Below are positions 17,489 through 26,720 of a stretch of DNA of 64,000 nt, piece after piece (the first letter of the stretch is position 1; each line of letters begins with the position of its first letter). The translations under genes and the position numbers were made by a program. The notes beneath the pieces were generated by a model. The model was not told where the DNA came from. It saw only the letters and a list, made by a program, of their open reading frames with translations, and made no database searches. Where the stretch lies: sequence record NC_048045.1. The stretch is one strand, 5' to 3'.

Positions 17489-17695
17489 ATGACTGACCTG
17501 CACGCCAAGTTCGAATCCTGGATCGTCGCCAGCACCATGGCCTCGGCCCACCGCAAAGGCATGGACTGGGTCACCGAGGCGAGTGTCCGCGTTGCCCTGC
17601 TCCTCCAGGAGGACAATGGGGAGTACAGCCTCGAACGCATCCAGTCGAGCTTCGTCGGCTTCAAGGCCGGCTACGAAACGAGGTGCGCCGAATGA
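17489..17695 (+). CDS. Hypothetical protein
   Basis: ATG 17489. Confidence 0.6.
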   Translation: MTDLHAKFESWIVASTMASAHRKGMDWVTEASVRVALLLQEDNGEYSLERIQSSFVGFKAGYETRCAE

Positions 17696-18036
17696 TCCTC
17701 CACATTTTTCCCGAAGGCGACTACGGCGTTGAGTGGGAGGTCGGCGATCGCGGGCGGGTGCGCGACGCCACGCCCGAGGAACTCGGCGATCGGCGCAAGA
17801 TGGCCTACCACCGCCTGAAGGGTAGCTTCGGCAAGGAATTCGTCGTCACCGATGTCAATCCGCGTGATTGTCTCCAGGATTCTGGGGTCACCTACTTGAC
17901 CCGCCGCATCCTGGTGGGCTTGCAGCCGGGCAAGTTCAGCAAGGAGGGCTGGCCCTGCCCCATCCTCTACGCCTGGGACATGGAGCCGCTGTTCCCGAAG
18001 CTCCAGCTCGTGATGGAGCCGGCCGATGAACCGTGA
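17692..18036 (+). CDS. Hypothetical protein
   Basis: ATGA overlap. Confidence 0.65.
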   Translation: MILHIFPEGDYGVEWEVGDRGRVRDATPEELGDRRKMAYHRLKGSFGKEFVVTDVNPRDCLQDSGVTYLTRRILVGLQPGKFSKEGWPCPILYAWDMEPLFPKLQLVMEPADEP

Positions 18037-18223
18037 CGGCATCCTGATCAAGACCTGGGAGGTCCACTGCCGGGCCTGTCAGCAGCCCAACCTCGGCATC
18101 CGGGGCGACAACACGGCCGCGCAGGTGCAACTCCGCAAGGAGGGGTGGCGCATCCGGGGCGAGCGCTGGGTCTGCGGCGATTGCGTCGACCACGTGCCAA
18201 TGGGCCACCGGTGGCCAATTTGA
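18026..18223 (+). CDS. Small putative zinc-binding protein
   Basis: CRAC...CGDC. Confidence 0.65.
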   Translation: MNRDGILIKTWEVHCRACQQPNLGIRGDNTAAQVQLRKEGWRIRGERWVCGDCVDHVPMGHRWPI

Positions 18224-18272
18224 GGCCGAATGGCTTACCTGTCGTCCATATGGGGCCAATACGCCTTACCCA

Positions 18273-18479
18273 TCAGGCGCCGGCCATGAACCGGCGGACC
18301 TGGAGGTAGCGGCCGAGCAGGTCGTGCATGACCTCGGCCTCCTTGAGCGTGATGATCTGCTCTCCGAGCGAGGTCGGGCCTTCCAGGGCGACCAGCACCT
18401 GATCGTCGACCGCGTCCTCGACCGTGACCAGGATCGGGTTGCCCAACTCGTTGATGAAGGCCTTCTGGATCGTGCGCAT
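18273..18479 (-). CDS. Hypothetical protein (68 aa)
   Basis: AAGGAG SD on minus strand; MRTIQKAFINELGNP... Confidence 0.65.
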   Translation of the reverse strand: MRTIQKAFINELGNPILVTVEDAVDDQVLVALEGPTSLGEQIITLKEAEVMHDLLGRYLQVRRFMAGA

Positions 18480-18481
18480 GG

Positions 18482-19222
18482 CTACTCCTTGAGGTACCCG
18501 GCCTTGATCGCCTCGGCCCGCGTGTCGGCTTTGCTGAGAATCGTGTCGCCGCCCCGGCGGATGAACTTGACGCCCTCGTAAAGCTGGACCTCCAGCTTGC
18601 CATCCATCTGGATGCGCCCCAGGCGCACCGGCCCGCCGGTATAGGGCTCGGGCGGGTCGCCCACGCCGATCTCGATCATCCCCTTGTCGCTGGTCTGCAC
18701 CAGGAGCGTGGCGTGCCCACCGATCCACGCCGGGTTCCAGATTTCGAGCCACATCGAGGTCCCATCGGCGCCCGCATCGCTCAGCCGGTGCGCCAGGGTC
18801 AGGGCGTAGTCCTCGCAGTCGCCGCAGAAGCCGTTTTCGGCGTAGAAATCGCTCCTCTGGTAGAGGATATCGTCCGAAACGTAGGTGAAATGGCTCCGAA
18901 GAGCAGAATCCTGCGCCAAAACCTCCGAAAACGTCAGTTTTCGGCCAGTTTTTGCCTTGCAAAGCGGATTTTCAGTGAATTTTTGGCAAAAATCAGTGAT
19001 TCCGTCGATCGAGACCTCGACTTTGCCGCCGTAGTCGCGTTTTTCGTCGCCGCTCGCGACGATCGGCTTGACGGGAGGGCAATGGCCTTCATCGCGGGCT
19101 GGCGCGGTGACGATCGGGACGTCCTGGGCGCCAGCGGCGATCTCGTGGGCGCTCCAGGCGAACCATCCGAGCGGGACCAGCAGGCCCAGGCTGAAAAAGA
19201 CGATCGCGAGCCAACGAAACAT
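18482..19222 (-). CDS. Membrane-anchored transglutaminase-like cysteine peptidase (BTLCP, peptidase C93)
   Basis: N-terminal TM; GDCEDYA catalytic motif and downstream GHA. Confidence 0.8.
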   Translation of the reverse strand: MFRWLAIVFFSLGLLVPLGWFAWSAHEIAAGAQDVPIVTAPARDEGHCPPVKPIVASGDEKRDYGGKVEVSIDGITDFCQKFTENPLCKAKTGRKLTFSEVLAQDSALRSHFTYVSDDILYQRSDFYAENGFCGDCEDYALTLAHRLSDAGADGTSMWLEIWNPAWIGGHATLLVQTSDKGMIEIGVGDPPEPYTGGPVRLGRIQMDGKLEVQLYEGVKFIRRGGDTILSKADTRAEAIKAGYLKE

Positions 19223-19237
19223 GGCGACACCCCCAGA

Positions 19238-19254
19238 TGTCATGAATCATGACA
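19238..19254. promoter_or_regulatory. Perfect palindromic operator centred on GAATC
   Basis: TGTCATGA-A-TCATGACA. Confidence 0.7.
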
Positions 19255-19535
19255 CAGGATGTCGTGGCGCGCAACATTCGCGCATAAGAAGAGCCCCGCC
19301 GTCGTGATCGGCGGGGCTCGCTGCTGCTACAGGGAGAGAAACGTGCGGATCGGCCTCCTGGGTATTGGGCCGACCCGCGCGCGGGGATTACTTGAGCATC
19401 TGGGTCTCCTTCCGTGGTCTGTCATTTCTGGAGGACCCCGCAGGGCCTCTGCTTTTCCGATCCCCAAGCTAGAGCGGGGCGAAACGACCGTCAAGGGCAA
19501 AGTGTGTTGCCTCACGACTTTTCCTGCCGGCAAAT

Positions 19536-19575
19536 GTCGTGAATCTTGACAGAAGCCCGTTAACCATGCCATTTT
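19536..19575 (+). promoter_or_regulatory. Portal promoter with GTCGTGAATCTTGAC operator
   Basis: Motif 19536-19550; right arm is the -35 TTGACA. Confidence 0.75.
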
Positions 19576-19658
19576 CCGGCTCACCTGCCTCATCCGGCGG
19601 GCTTCCCACGTCAAACTTCGGGGGGATTCGTCCTCCCCGCTTCTTTCTCGGGCGCCGA

Positions 19659-21566
19659 ATGGCCGGTCAGACTCCGAACTCCACGAACATCTCGCGGGTC
19701 GCCCGCGCGACCTCGCAGGCGATCTATCTGGTCACCCATCCGGAGTACCAATACTGGCGCCCGGAGTGGACGAAGCTGCGCGACGTGATGGCGGGCCAGC
19801 GCGAGATCAAGCGCAAGGCCGAGGCCTACCTGCCGGCCATGAAGGGCGCGGACGGCGACGACTACGCCATCTACCTCCAGCGCGCGACCTTCTTCAACAT
19901 GCTCGCCCAGACCCGCGACGGCATGACCGGGATGGTCTTCCGCCGCGACCCGATCATCAAGAACCTGCCGCCCAAGTTCAAGGACGCGGTGCGCCGCTTC
20001 GCCAAGGACGGCTCCTCGCACGCCACCTTCGCCAAGGCCGTGCTCTCCGAGCAGGCCGGCGTCGGGCGCTTTGGCGTCCTGGTCGACGTCGCCGACAGCC
20101 CGGTCCGGGGTGCGCCCCCGTCCAGCTTCGCCGTCGGCTACTCGGCCGAGAACATCCTCGACTGGGACGAGGTCGTCGACATGGGCGGCTTCTACGTCCC
20201 CAGCCGCGTCCTGCTGCGCGAATTCGTGCGCGACCTGCGCTGGAAGACCGACATCGAGCCCCTGACCACCGCCCAGGCCCGCAAGGCGCGTGCGGCGGCT
20301 CTGGCCTCGGGCGGCTCCAGCAGCCCGATGGTCCGTCAGACCGCCCGCACCCTGGGCGGCTACAGCTACATCACCGTCTACCGCGAACTCAAGCTCGAAG
20401 AGATCGAGTGGCCGTCCGGCGAGGTCAAGCCCGCCTACGTCCAGTACCTCTACGAAGAGGACCCCGAGAGCCGGCCGATCGCGCGCATCGTCCCGAACGT
20501 CCGGGGCGAGCCGCTCGACTTCATCCCCTTCAAGTTCTTCGGCGCCTCGGGCAACACCGCCGACGTCGAAAAGCCGCCGCTGCTCGACATCTGCGATCTG
20601 AACCTGTCGCACTACCGCACCTACGCCGAACTCGAATACGGCCGCCTGTTCACGGCCCTGCCCGTCTACTACGCGCCGGGCACCGACAGCGAGGGCACGG
20701 GCGAATACCACATCGGCCCGAACATGGTCTGGGAAGTCCCTCAGGGCTCCGAGCCCGGCATCCTGGAGTACACCGGCCAAGGGCTGAAAGCCCTCGAAAC
20801 GGCGCTCAACGACAAGGAGCGGCAGATCGCCGCGATCGGCGGCCGGATGATGCCGGGCGCCTCCAAGTCGGTCTCCGAGAGCAACAACCAGACCGTCCTT
20901 CGCGAGGCCAACGAGCAGTCGCTGCTCCTCAACATCATCCAGGCCTGCGAGGGCGGGATGACCGACATCGTGCGCTGGTGGCTGATGTGGCGCGACGTGC
21001 CGCTGGTCGAGACCCAGGACCTGCGCTACGAGGTCAACACCGACTTCCTGTCGACGCCGATCGGCGCGCGCGAGATGCGCGCCATCCAGCTTATGGCCAA
21101 CGACGGCCTGCTGCCCGACCCGGTCTTCTACGAGTACATGCGCAAGGCCGAGGTCATCTCGTCCGACATGACCTTCGAGGAATTCCAGTCCCTGCGCGCC
21201 GACGAGAACTCGTTCCTCAACAACCCCGACGCCCAGGCGCGTCAGCGCGGCTTCACCAACCGTGGCCAGGAACTGGAACAATCGCGCATGGCGCGCGAAG
21301 CCGACTTCACCCAGCAGAAGATCGACATCCAGGAACGCAGCGTCGCGGTCCAGGAAGGCCACGCCGAGGTCGCCCACTCGGTTGGCTCGACCTCGGTCTC
21401 CGCCTCGCGCAAGCTGGGCGATCCCGAGCAGGCCAAGCCGGCGCAGGCCGAGCAAGCCCAGATCGCCAACCAGCGCAAGCAGATCGCCAACGCGGCCAAG
21501 ACTCCTGCCCAGCCGGCGGCTCCGGCCGCGCCCGCTTCGCAGCCGGGCAACCGGCGTCCGACCTGA
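19659..21566 (+). CDS. Portal protein (DUF4055/SPP1-like)
   Basis: 635 aa; YLPAM..DDYAIYLQRATFFN, PPLLDICDLNLSHY motifs; position in the phiCbK-like gene order. Confidence 0.85.
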   Translation: MAGQTPNSTNISRVARATSQAIYLVTHPEYQYWRPEWTKLRDVMAGQREIKRKAEAYLPAMKGADGDDYAIYLQRATFFNMLAQTRDGMTGMVFRRDPIIKNLPPKFKDAVRRFAKDGSSHATFAKAVLSEQAGVGRFGVLVDVADSPVRGAPPSSFAVGYSAENILDWDEVVDMGGFYVPSRVLLREFVRDLRWKTDIEPLTTAQARKARAAALASGGSSSPMVRQTARTLGGYSYITVYRELKLEEIEWPSGEVKPAYVQYLYEEDPESRPIARIVPNVRGEPLDFIPFKFFGASGNTADVEKPPLLDICDLNLSHYRTYAELEYGRLFTALPVYYAPGTDSEGTGEYHIGPNMVWEVPQGSEPGILEYTGQGLKALETALNDKERQIAAIGGRMMPGASKSVSESNNQTVLREANEQSLLLNIIQACEGGMTDIVRWWLMWRDVPLVETQDLRYEVNTDFLSTPIGAREMRAIQLMANDGLLPDPVFYEYMRKAEVISSDMTFEEFQSLRADENSFLNNPDAQARQRGFTNRGQELEQSRMAREADFTQQKIDIQERSVAVQEGHAEVAHSVGSTSVSASRKLGDPEQAKPAQAEQAQIANQRKQIANAAKTPAQPAAPAAPASQPGNRRPT

Positions 21567-21592
21567 TGACCTTCCAGCAGCCCTGAGTTCCG

Positions 21593-21775
21593 ATGCCGCG
21601 TTCCTACGATTCCTTCGAAGACCTGATCCATGACCTCGATCACGAGGGGATCGTCGACGCCGACGGCATTGCCGAACTGGACGACGAGGACCTGTCCTTG
21701 CTCGCCCCGCCGGTGATCCGCAAGGCGCCCGCCGCGCCTCCCAAGAAGCGCGGTCGGCCCAAGAAGGCGGCCTGA
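21593..21775 (+). CDS. Small acidic protein with AT-hook-like tail
   Basis: KKRGRPKK at the C-terminus. Confidence 0.65.
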   Translation: MPRSYDSFEDLIHDLDHEGIVDADGIAELDDEDLSLLAPPVIRKAPAAPPKKRGRPKKAA

Positions 21776-22179
21776 TGCGTCACGCCACCGCCCGCTGGAG
21801 CGTCTTGACCGTTCGCCTGGACGGCATCGCCCACTGGATCGACGAGGTCGACGTCTCGATCATCGACCTGGAGACGGGCGAGCATCCGCGCGGCGAGGAT
21901 GGCGAGTTCCTCCCAATCCTGTCGGCGACGCCCCAGACCATCAACCTCTACAACGGCCACGCCATCGACGGCCGCTACGAGATCACCTCCAGCCTTCCCG
22001 AGGCCCCCATGTCCGAGCCCGTCCTCATCGGCGACCCCGCCGCCGAGCGCACCATAGAAGTCCTGGCCATGCACCCCGACGAGGCGGCCCAGTTCGTCCC
22101 CACGCCCGAGCAGGGCGCCAAGATCGCGGCGGGCGACATGATCATCGGCATCATCCGCTACGGTGCGCCGCCGTCGTGA
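21775..22179 (+). CDS. Hypothetical protein
   Basis: TGATG coupling. Confidence 0.7.
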   Translation: MRHATARWSVLTVRLDGIAHWIDEVDVSIIDLETGEHPRGEDGEFLPILSATPQTINLYNGHAIDGRYEITSSLPEAPMSEPVLIGDPAAERTIEVLAMHPDEAAQFVPTPEQGAKIAAGDMIIGIIRYGAPPS

Positions 22180-22235
22180 ATCTTGACACCCAGAGTCAGG
22201 TGTGATGACATCGCCCTCGTTAACCACGAGGGCTT
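22173..22235 (+). promoter_or_regulatory. Promoter with tandem 15-bp operators
   Basis: GTCGTGAATCTTGAC 22173-22187 and GTCAGGTGTGATGAC 22195-22209. Confidence 0.75.
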
Positions 22236-22239
22236 TTTC

Positions 22240-22500
22240 ATGACCACCGCCGTCACCATCGCCGCTGCGGGCCACAACATCATCGTCTACCTGAACGACG
22301 CCTACGAGCCCTCGAACGGCGGCGAACTGGTCGAGACCGAGACCATCGAGTTCGTGACCAAGAACACCCAGCGCACCTTCCACGTCCACCAGACGCGCGA
22401 CATCTACATCACCGAAGTCCGCGACGGCGAGACCGACCTCAACGACCTGATCGAAAGCGGCGCCTTCGAGGCCGCGCGCCAGTACATCCAGGCCGGCTAA
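22240..22500 (+). CDS. Hypothetical protein
   Basis: GAGG SD. Confidence 0.7.
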   Translation: MTTAVTIAAAGHNIIVYLNDAYEPSNGGELVETETIEFVTKNTQRTFHVHQTRDIYITEVRDGETDLNDLIESGAFEAARQYIQAG

Positions 22501-22686
22501 CGTTCTACGGCGCCCTAATTGCCAGCCGGCGCATACGGACACGGGCTGGATAAATCGGCAGCGATGCGAAGCGCTTGGGGCGAGGGGCCACGGGCGTGAG
22601 TCAAAGGAGGGGGCGCCGCTGGGTCACCGGCCCGGTCCTTTCACCTCCCAATCGCCGCAAGTCCGCACCCTTCCAAGAGGCCCTTG

Positions 22687-23313
22687 ATGAGCGACGATTT
22701 CGACAAGCAGTTCGACGACAAGGTCCGCGCGCGCGACGCCGGCATCGTCGAAGAGCAGCTTCGCCTTGCCCTCCCCCTGCCGCCCGAGCCGCCCAAAATC
22801 GAGCATCTGCTGGAACTGGCCAAGCGGATCAACCTGACCGCCGACCACGAGATCATCTTCGAGGTCGACGAGCCCTATGAGGCCGAGGCTGAGCAGGCCG
22901 TGGCGATCGAGACCGCCCAGCGCCGCGACGGCAAGCCGGACGCGGTGTTCAACGAGCAGGACTTCCTCGACCAGATCAAGGACCGTGCCGGCAAGCCGTT
23001 CGGCTGGCCCTACTTCAAGCCGATGCCGGACGGTAAGGGCTACGTCTACGCGCGCGAGTTGGCCGAGACAGCGGCGCCCAAGATCACGATTTCGGTCTAC
23101 CTCAACAATGGCACGGTGCGCGAATACGACGTCGCCGACGCGGCGACCGCGCGCGAGCACGCCTTCGAGATCATCCAGACCGGCTACCGCAGCGTCGACC
23201 AGGATCAGCCCAACGTGCTCGTCCACTGGCCGCCGCACGAGATCAAGAAGGTCAAGCTGACCGGCAGCGAACCCTTCAAGTCCAACTATTTCGACCGCGT
23301 CCGGGGGACCTGA
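22687..23313 (+). CDS. Hypothetical protein
   Basis: GAGG SD; 208 aa. Confidence 0.75.
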   Translation: MSDDFDKQFDDKVRARDAGIVEEQLRLALPLPPEPPKIEHLLELAKRINLTADHEIIFEVDEPYEAEAEQAVAIETAQRRDGKPDAVFNEQDFLDQIKDRAGKPFGWPYFKPMPDGKGYVYARELAETAAPKITISVYLNNGTVREYDVADAATAREHAFEIIQTGYRSVDQDQPNVLVHWPPHEIKKVKLTGSEPFKSNYFDRVRGT

Positions 23314-23316
23314 CCC

Positions 23317-23709
23317 ATGCCTACCATCCAATTTGATTCGCTGGACCTGATGCCCGAGGGCCTGCGCAGCTACGCCAAGGCCGCCGGCGCCTACGAGGGC
23401 GAAGCCGTTTCGGTCGATGTCGTGCCGGCCGTCTGCCTCGACGAATTCCGCGACAACGCCATCCGCCTGGGCAAGGAGCGCGACGAGCTTGCCGGGCGCC
23501 TCGCCCAGGCTAACCTCAACGCTCAGGCCCTGGCCCAGGAACTCGTCGAGGCCGACGAGCGCATCCAGGTCCTCACGGCCGATCTGGAAGTGAGCGCCCG
23601 GCAGGCGACGCTCCTGGCGGAATACATCGACGCCAACATCGATCTCAAAGCCGCGCGTAGTCATCTCGACGCGGTAATTACGATCGTCGACGCCTGCATC
23701 GAGGCCTGA
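23317..23709 (+). CDS. Short paralog of the scaffold protein N-terminus
   Basis: MPTIQFDSLDLMPEGLRSYAK..DEFRDNAIRLGKERD aligns by eye with 30052 MPVLTYDTLDMVPEGLREVAK..DEFRDNNIKISKERD. Confidence 0.75.
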   Translation: MPTIQFDSLDLMPEGLRSYAKAAGAYEGEAVSVDVVPAVCLDEFRDNAIRLGKERDELAGRLAQANLNAQALAQELVEADERIQVLTADLEVSARQATLLAEYIDANIDLKAARSHLDAVITIVDACIEA

Positions 23710-23711
23710 TC

Positions 23712-24077
23712 ATGTGCGTCGTCTCCGCCGTCATGGATCACGGCCGCCAGCAGTGGCCTCACCTCATGGAGCCCAAGTTCTGGCCGCTCCCCACGCCGGT
23801 CGTCCCGGCGCATCCGGGAATGAAGATTTGGCCGCCGCAGGAGCCCAAGCTCCCGACCAAGGCCGAGATCGAAGCGTTCCTGGCGCTCTACAAGGCCGCC
23901 CAGGAGTACGACGCCAAGACCGGCCAGCCGCACTGCGAGGACCCCGAGAAGATCAAGCTCCTCGACGCCATCACCCGGCTCGCCGACCGCCTGGAGGCGA
24001 TCGAAAAGCGTCTTGGTGCCCAGGATGCCGCAGAGGCCGAGGACGCGGCGGCGATCGCCGCCTCCGTCAAGACGTGA
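23712..24077 (+). CDS. Hypothetical protein
   Basis: GAGG SD. Confidence 0.75.
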   Translation: MCVVSAVMDHGRQQWPHLMEPKFWPLPTPVVPAHPGMKIWPPQEPKLPTKAEIEAFLALYKAAQEYDAKTGQPHCEDPEKIKLLDAITRLADRLEAIEKRLGAQDAAEAEDAAAIAASVKT

Positions 24078-24322
24078 GCGTCTTCGACCTGCCGGCCGAC
24101 GGCTTTGACCGCCGCAAGCCGCTGTTTCGCGTCTTCAACATCGACGGCGAGACCCAGTGGTGGACGGTGATCGCCGCGCTCAACGCGCCCGGCCGCCGCT
24201 GCACCCCGGAGGAAGAAGCGCGGATCGTCGAGCGCCTCCAGGCCCAGCCTTGGGCCGACAAGTTCTGGACCTGCTACCACCTGAGCGGCAAGGCCACCAT
24301 CTACGAAAGCACCCCAGAATGA
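24074..24322 (+). CDS. Hypothetical protein
   Basis: GTGA overlap. Confidence 0.65.
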   Translation: MSVFDLPADGFDRRKPLFRVFNIDGETQWWTVIAALNAPGRRCTPEEEARIVERLQAQPWADKFWTCYHLSGKATIYESTPE

Positions 24323-24603
24323 AGCTCACCGTCAGCGGCCAGGACATGAGCGGCGAGGCCACCGTCTACCTGATGCTGGTCCCGCGCGCGGGCGTGCGGC
24401 TGCAAAACGATGTGCCCGTGGCCCTCACCTTCGAGGCCTTACCGGGCGCGGCCGGTGACGTGCGCCTGGACGCCATGACCGAGGTCCATCTGTCGGACGC
24501 TCCGCCGCCGGGCACGCTCGTCTTCTTGCCGGGCGAGGCCGAGAAGGTCTTCTTCATCAACACCGCCGGCCCGTGGAAGCTGACGTTCCGGGAGACGCCG
24601 TGA
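24319..24603 (+). CDS. Hypothetical protein
   Basis: ATGA overlap. Confidence 0.65.
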   Translation: MKLTVSGQDMSGEATVYLMLVPRAGVRLQNDVPVALTFEALPGAAGDVRLDAMTEVHLSDAPPPGTLVFLPGEAEKVFFINTAGPWKLTFRETP

Positions 24604-24839
24604 ACGCCCACCAGCACATGCCCGACAACATGCCGTTCGGCCTGAAGGGATTTCCCAAGGTCGAGCGGATCGACGGCGTGCGCAACATCGTCTATCTGAC
24701 CTGCGGCGACAGCGTGCCGATCGTTCACTACATGGCGGGCGGCGAGGAGTGCGGCAATCCGCTGCGGGCTGACACCCTGGTCGCCGGCCCCTATCAGGAC
24801 AAGTGGCTGGTCCTGCCGATCCCGGACGGCGCCCTGTGA
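24600..24839 (+). CDS. Hypothetical protein
   Basis: GTGA overlap. Confidence 0.65.
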   Translation: MNAHQHMPDNMPFGLKGFPKVERIDGVRNIVYLTCGDSVPIVHYMAGGEECGNPLRADTLVAGPYQDKWLVLPIPDGAL

Positions 24840-25078
24840 CCCGGCCGCTCAACGCCACCGAGGTTCTCTGCGACGCCTTCCGCGACCTTTTGACCAAGGG
24901 CTTCTACGTCACCGACGAGCACGGCGAGATTCATGGGCCGGACACCCCGCTCGGCGATGCGGCCCTGGCGGCGACCAAGGCGTGGCGCGGCGACCTCTGG
25001 AAGGCCTTCCGCCCGATCGACGACAGCATGTGCCCCGTGCGGGTCCACGAGCGCGAAGCGGCCAAGCGCGCGGGCTGA
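24836..25078 (+). CDS. Hypothetical protein
   Basis: GTGA overlap. Confidence 0.65.
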   Translation: MTRPLNATEVLCDAFRDLLTKGFYVTDEHGEIHGPDTPLGDAALAATKAWRGDLWKAFRPIDDSMCPVRVHEREAAKRAG

Positions 25079-25091
25079 GCATGGCCGGATG

Positions 25092-25185
25092 TGTCCGGCA
25101 AATGTCCAGCAATCTGCGCCACTCTTTGAATTCATTGAGCTTTTAGCACCGACCGACGTCCAGCAAATGTCCGGCAATGTCCGGA
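25092..25185. repeat. TGTCC(G/A)GCAA iteron-like repeats flanking an AT-rich core
   Basis: Copies at 25092, 25103, 25157, 25168; partial copy at 25178. Confidence 0.8.
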
Positions 25186-25233
25186 TTAAGGTTTGGCCGG
25201 ATGACCGGATCGGTGGCCGGACTCGAAAGTGGT

Positions 25234-25295
25234 GTCGTGATTCTTGACACCCCATGTCGTCTGTGGTGACATCCCCTCGTTAACCACGACGGGCT
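25234..25295 (+). promoter_or_regulatory. Promoter with tandem 15-bp operators
   Basis: GTCGTGATTCTTGAC 25234-25248 and GTCGTCTGTGGTGAC 25256-25270. Confidence 0.75.
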
Positions 25296-25300
25296 CCCCG

Positions 25301-25642
25301 ATGATCCGCCTCACCCAGACCAAGCACATGAGCAACGAGGCCTCCAGCGACCAGCGCTGGTTCCTCGACAGCACCCTGCGCTTTGAGGTGCATCCGGTCC
25401 GCAACGAGGCTCAGGTCAAGGCTTGGCCGGGCGCCAAGGCGGCGGTCGTGATCAACGGCGAGGCCCACTACGTCGACGAGACGCCCGAGCAGGTCATGAC
25501 CCTGTTGAAGGTCTCTCGCTTCCCGCACGCCTACCGCTTCCAATCCGAACCCGGTCATCTGATCGCGCCGGACGATCTGATCTGGATCGGCTGCGACGCC
25601 GAGGGCGGCCTGGAATTTGGCTTCACCGAAATCAAGGTCTGA
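25301..25642 (+). CDS. Hypothetical protein
   Basis: First ORF after the promoter. Confidence 0.7.
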   Translation: MIRLTQTKHMSNEASSDQRWFLDSTLRFEVHPVRNEAQVKAWPGAKAAVVINGEAHYVDETPEQVMTLLKVSRFPHAYRFQSEPGHLIAPDDLIWIGCDAEGGLEFGFTEIKV

Positions 25643-25646
25643 GCCG

Positions 25647-26345
25647 ATGACCTTCAACCGCTTTGCGAACGACTACCCGGTCGCGCTCGATATCGCCCGC
25701 GAACTCATCAAGCGCCATGACGCCGGCGAGACGTTCTCCGCCGTGCCGGACGATGTGCTGCATCTGGCCGAGGCGCTGCTGACGGAATCGTCCCGCTACG
25801 ACGACAAGCGCCTCGCCTTCATGCACCCGTCGATCCTCTGCGCGAACGGGGAGTATTACGACTTCACCGATCCGGATGCGTTCTCCTGGGACATCCAGGT
25901 GATCGCCGCCGGGCTGCGCGCGCCGCGCTTCACGGCTCAGACGCGGTCGACCGGCACCTACTCCATCGCCCAGCACTCGCTCCTGGCCAGCTACATCGTC
26001 CCCAAGGGCTTCGAACTGGAGGCCCTGCTGCATGACGCCCAGGAGAGCGTGCTGGGCGACAAGGCCACGCCGTTCAAAATCCTGCTGCCCGACTACAAGC
26101 ACTACGAGGACATCGCCGAGGCCGCCGTGCGCCGCAAGTATGGCCTGCCGCCGACGATGAGCCCGGAGGTCAAGCACGCCGACCTCGTCATGCTCGCCTC
26201 CGAGAAGCGCGACATCATGCCCAACCCTGAGGACGAGTGGGCGATGCTCAAGGGCGTCGAGACCCTTCCGTTCGAGATCGAGGTCTGGGACGTCGAGCGC
26301 GCTCGCGACGCCTTCCTCGCCCGCTTCGCCGATCTGACGGCCTGA
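25647..26345 (+). CDS. HD-domain 5'-deoxynucleotidase (YfbR-like)
   Basis: RF..Q....YSIAQHS, ALLHDAQES..GD..TPFK. Confidence 0.85.
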   Translation: MTFNRFANDYPVALDIARELIKRHDAGETFSAVPDDVLHLAEALLTESSRYDDKRLAFMHPSILCANGEYYDFTDPDAFSWDIQVIAAGLRAPRFTAQTRSTGTYSIAQHSLLASYIVPKGFELEALLHDAQESVLGDKATPFKILLPDYKHYEDIAEAAVRRKYGLPPTMSPEVKHADLVMLASEKRDIMPNPEDEWAMLKGVETLPFEIEVWDVERARDAFLARFADLTA

Positions 26346-26383
26346 CGTCCGTTCCTGACGTAGAACGATACGAGAACATACCC

Positions 26384-26716
26384 ATGATCCCCGCCCTGAC
26401 CGATCAGCCTGCCATTCTTTCCGCCGAGCAGGCCCGCGAACTGACGGCCGGCATTTCGACCGACCGCCTGATCGAGGCGATCAAGAACGCGGTCATCACC
26501 GCCGCGACCGCCGGCATGAGCCGCGCGGTGATCGGCAAGGACATCGTGCGCGGCGTGCCCGACTGGAACGGCGACGCCGACGACACCGTGATCGGCCGCG
26601 CCGCCAAGCAGGTGCGCGCCGCTGGCTACACGGTCAAGAAGGGCATGGATGGCGACCTCGTCATCGAGTGGAAGACCAAGCCCGCGTCGAGCGGCTTGGG
26701 CTATCTCGGCCGTTGA
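26384..26716 (+). CDS. Hypothetical protein
   Basis: 110-aa ORF. Confidence 0.7.
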   Translation: MIPALTDQPAILSAEQARELTAGISTDRLIEAIKNAVITAATAGMSRAVIGKDIVRGVPDWNGDADDTVIGRAAKQVRAAGYTVKKGMDGDLVIEWKTKPASSGLGYLGR

Positions 26717-26720
26717 TCCG

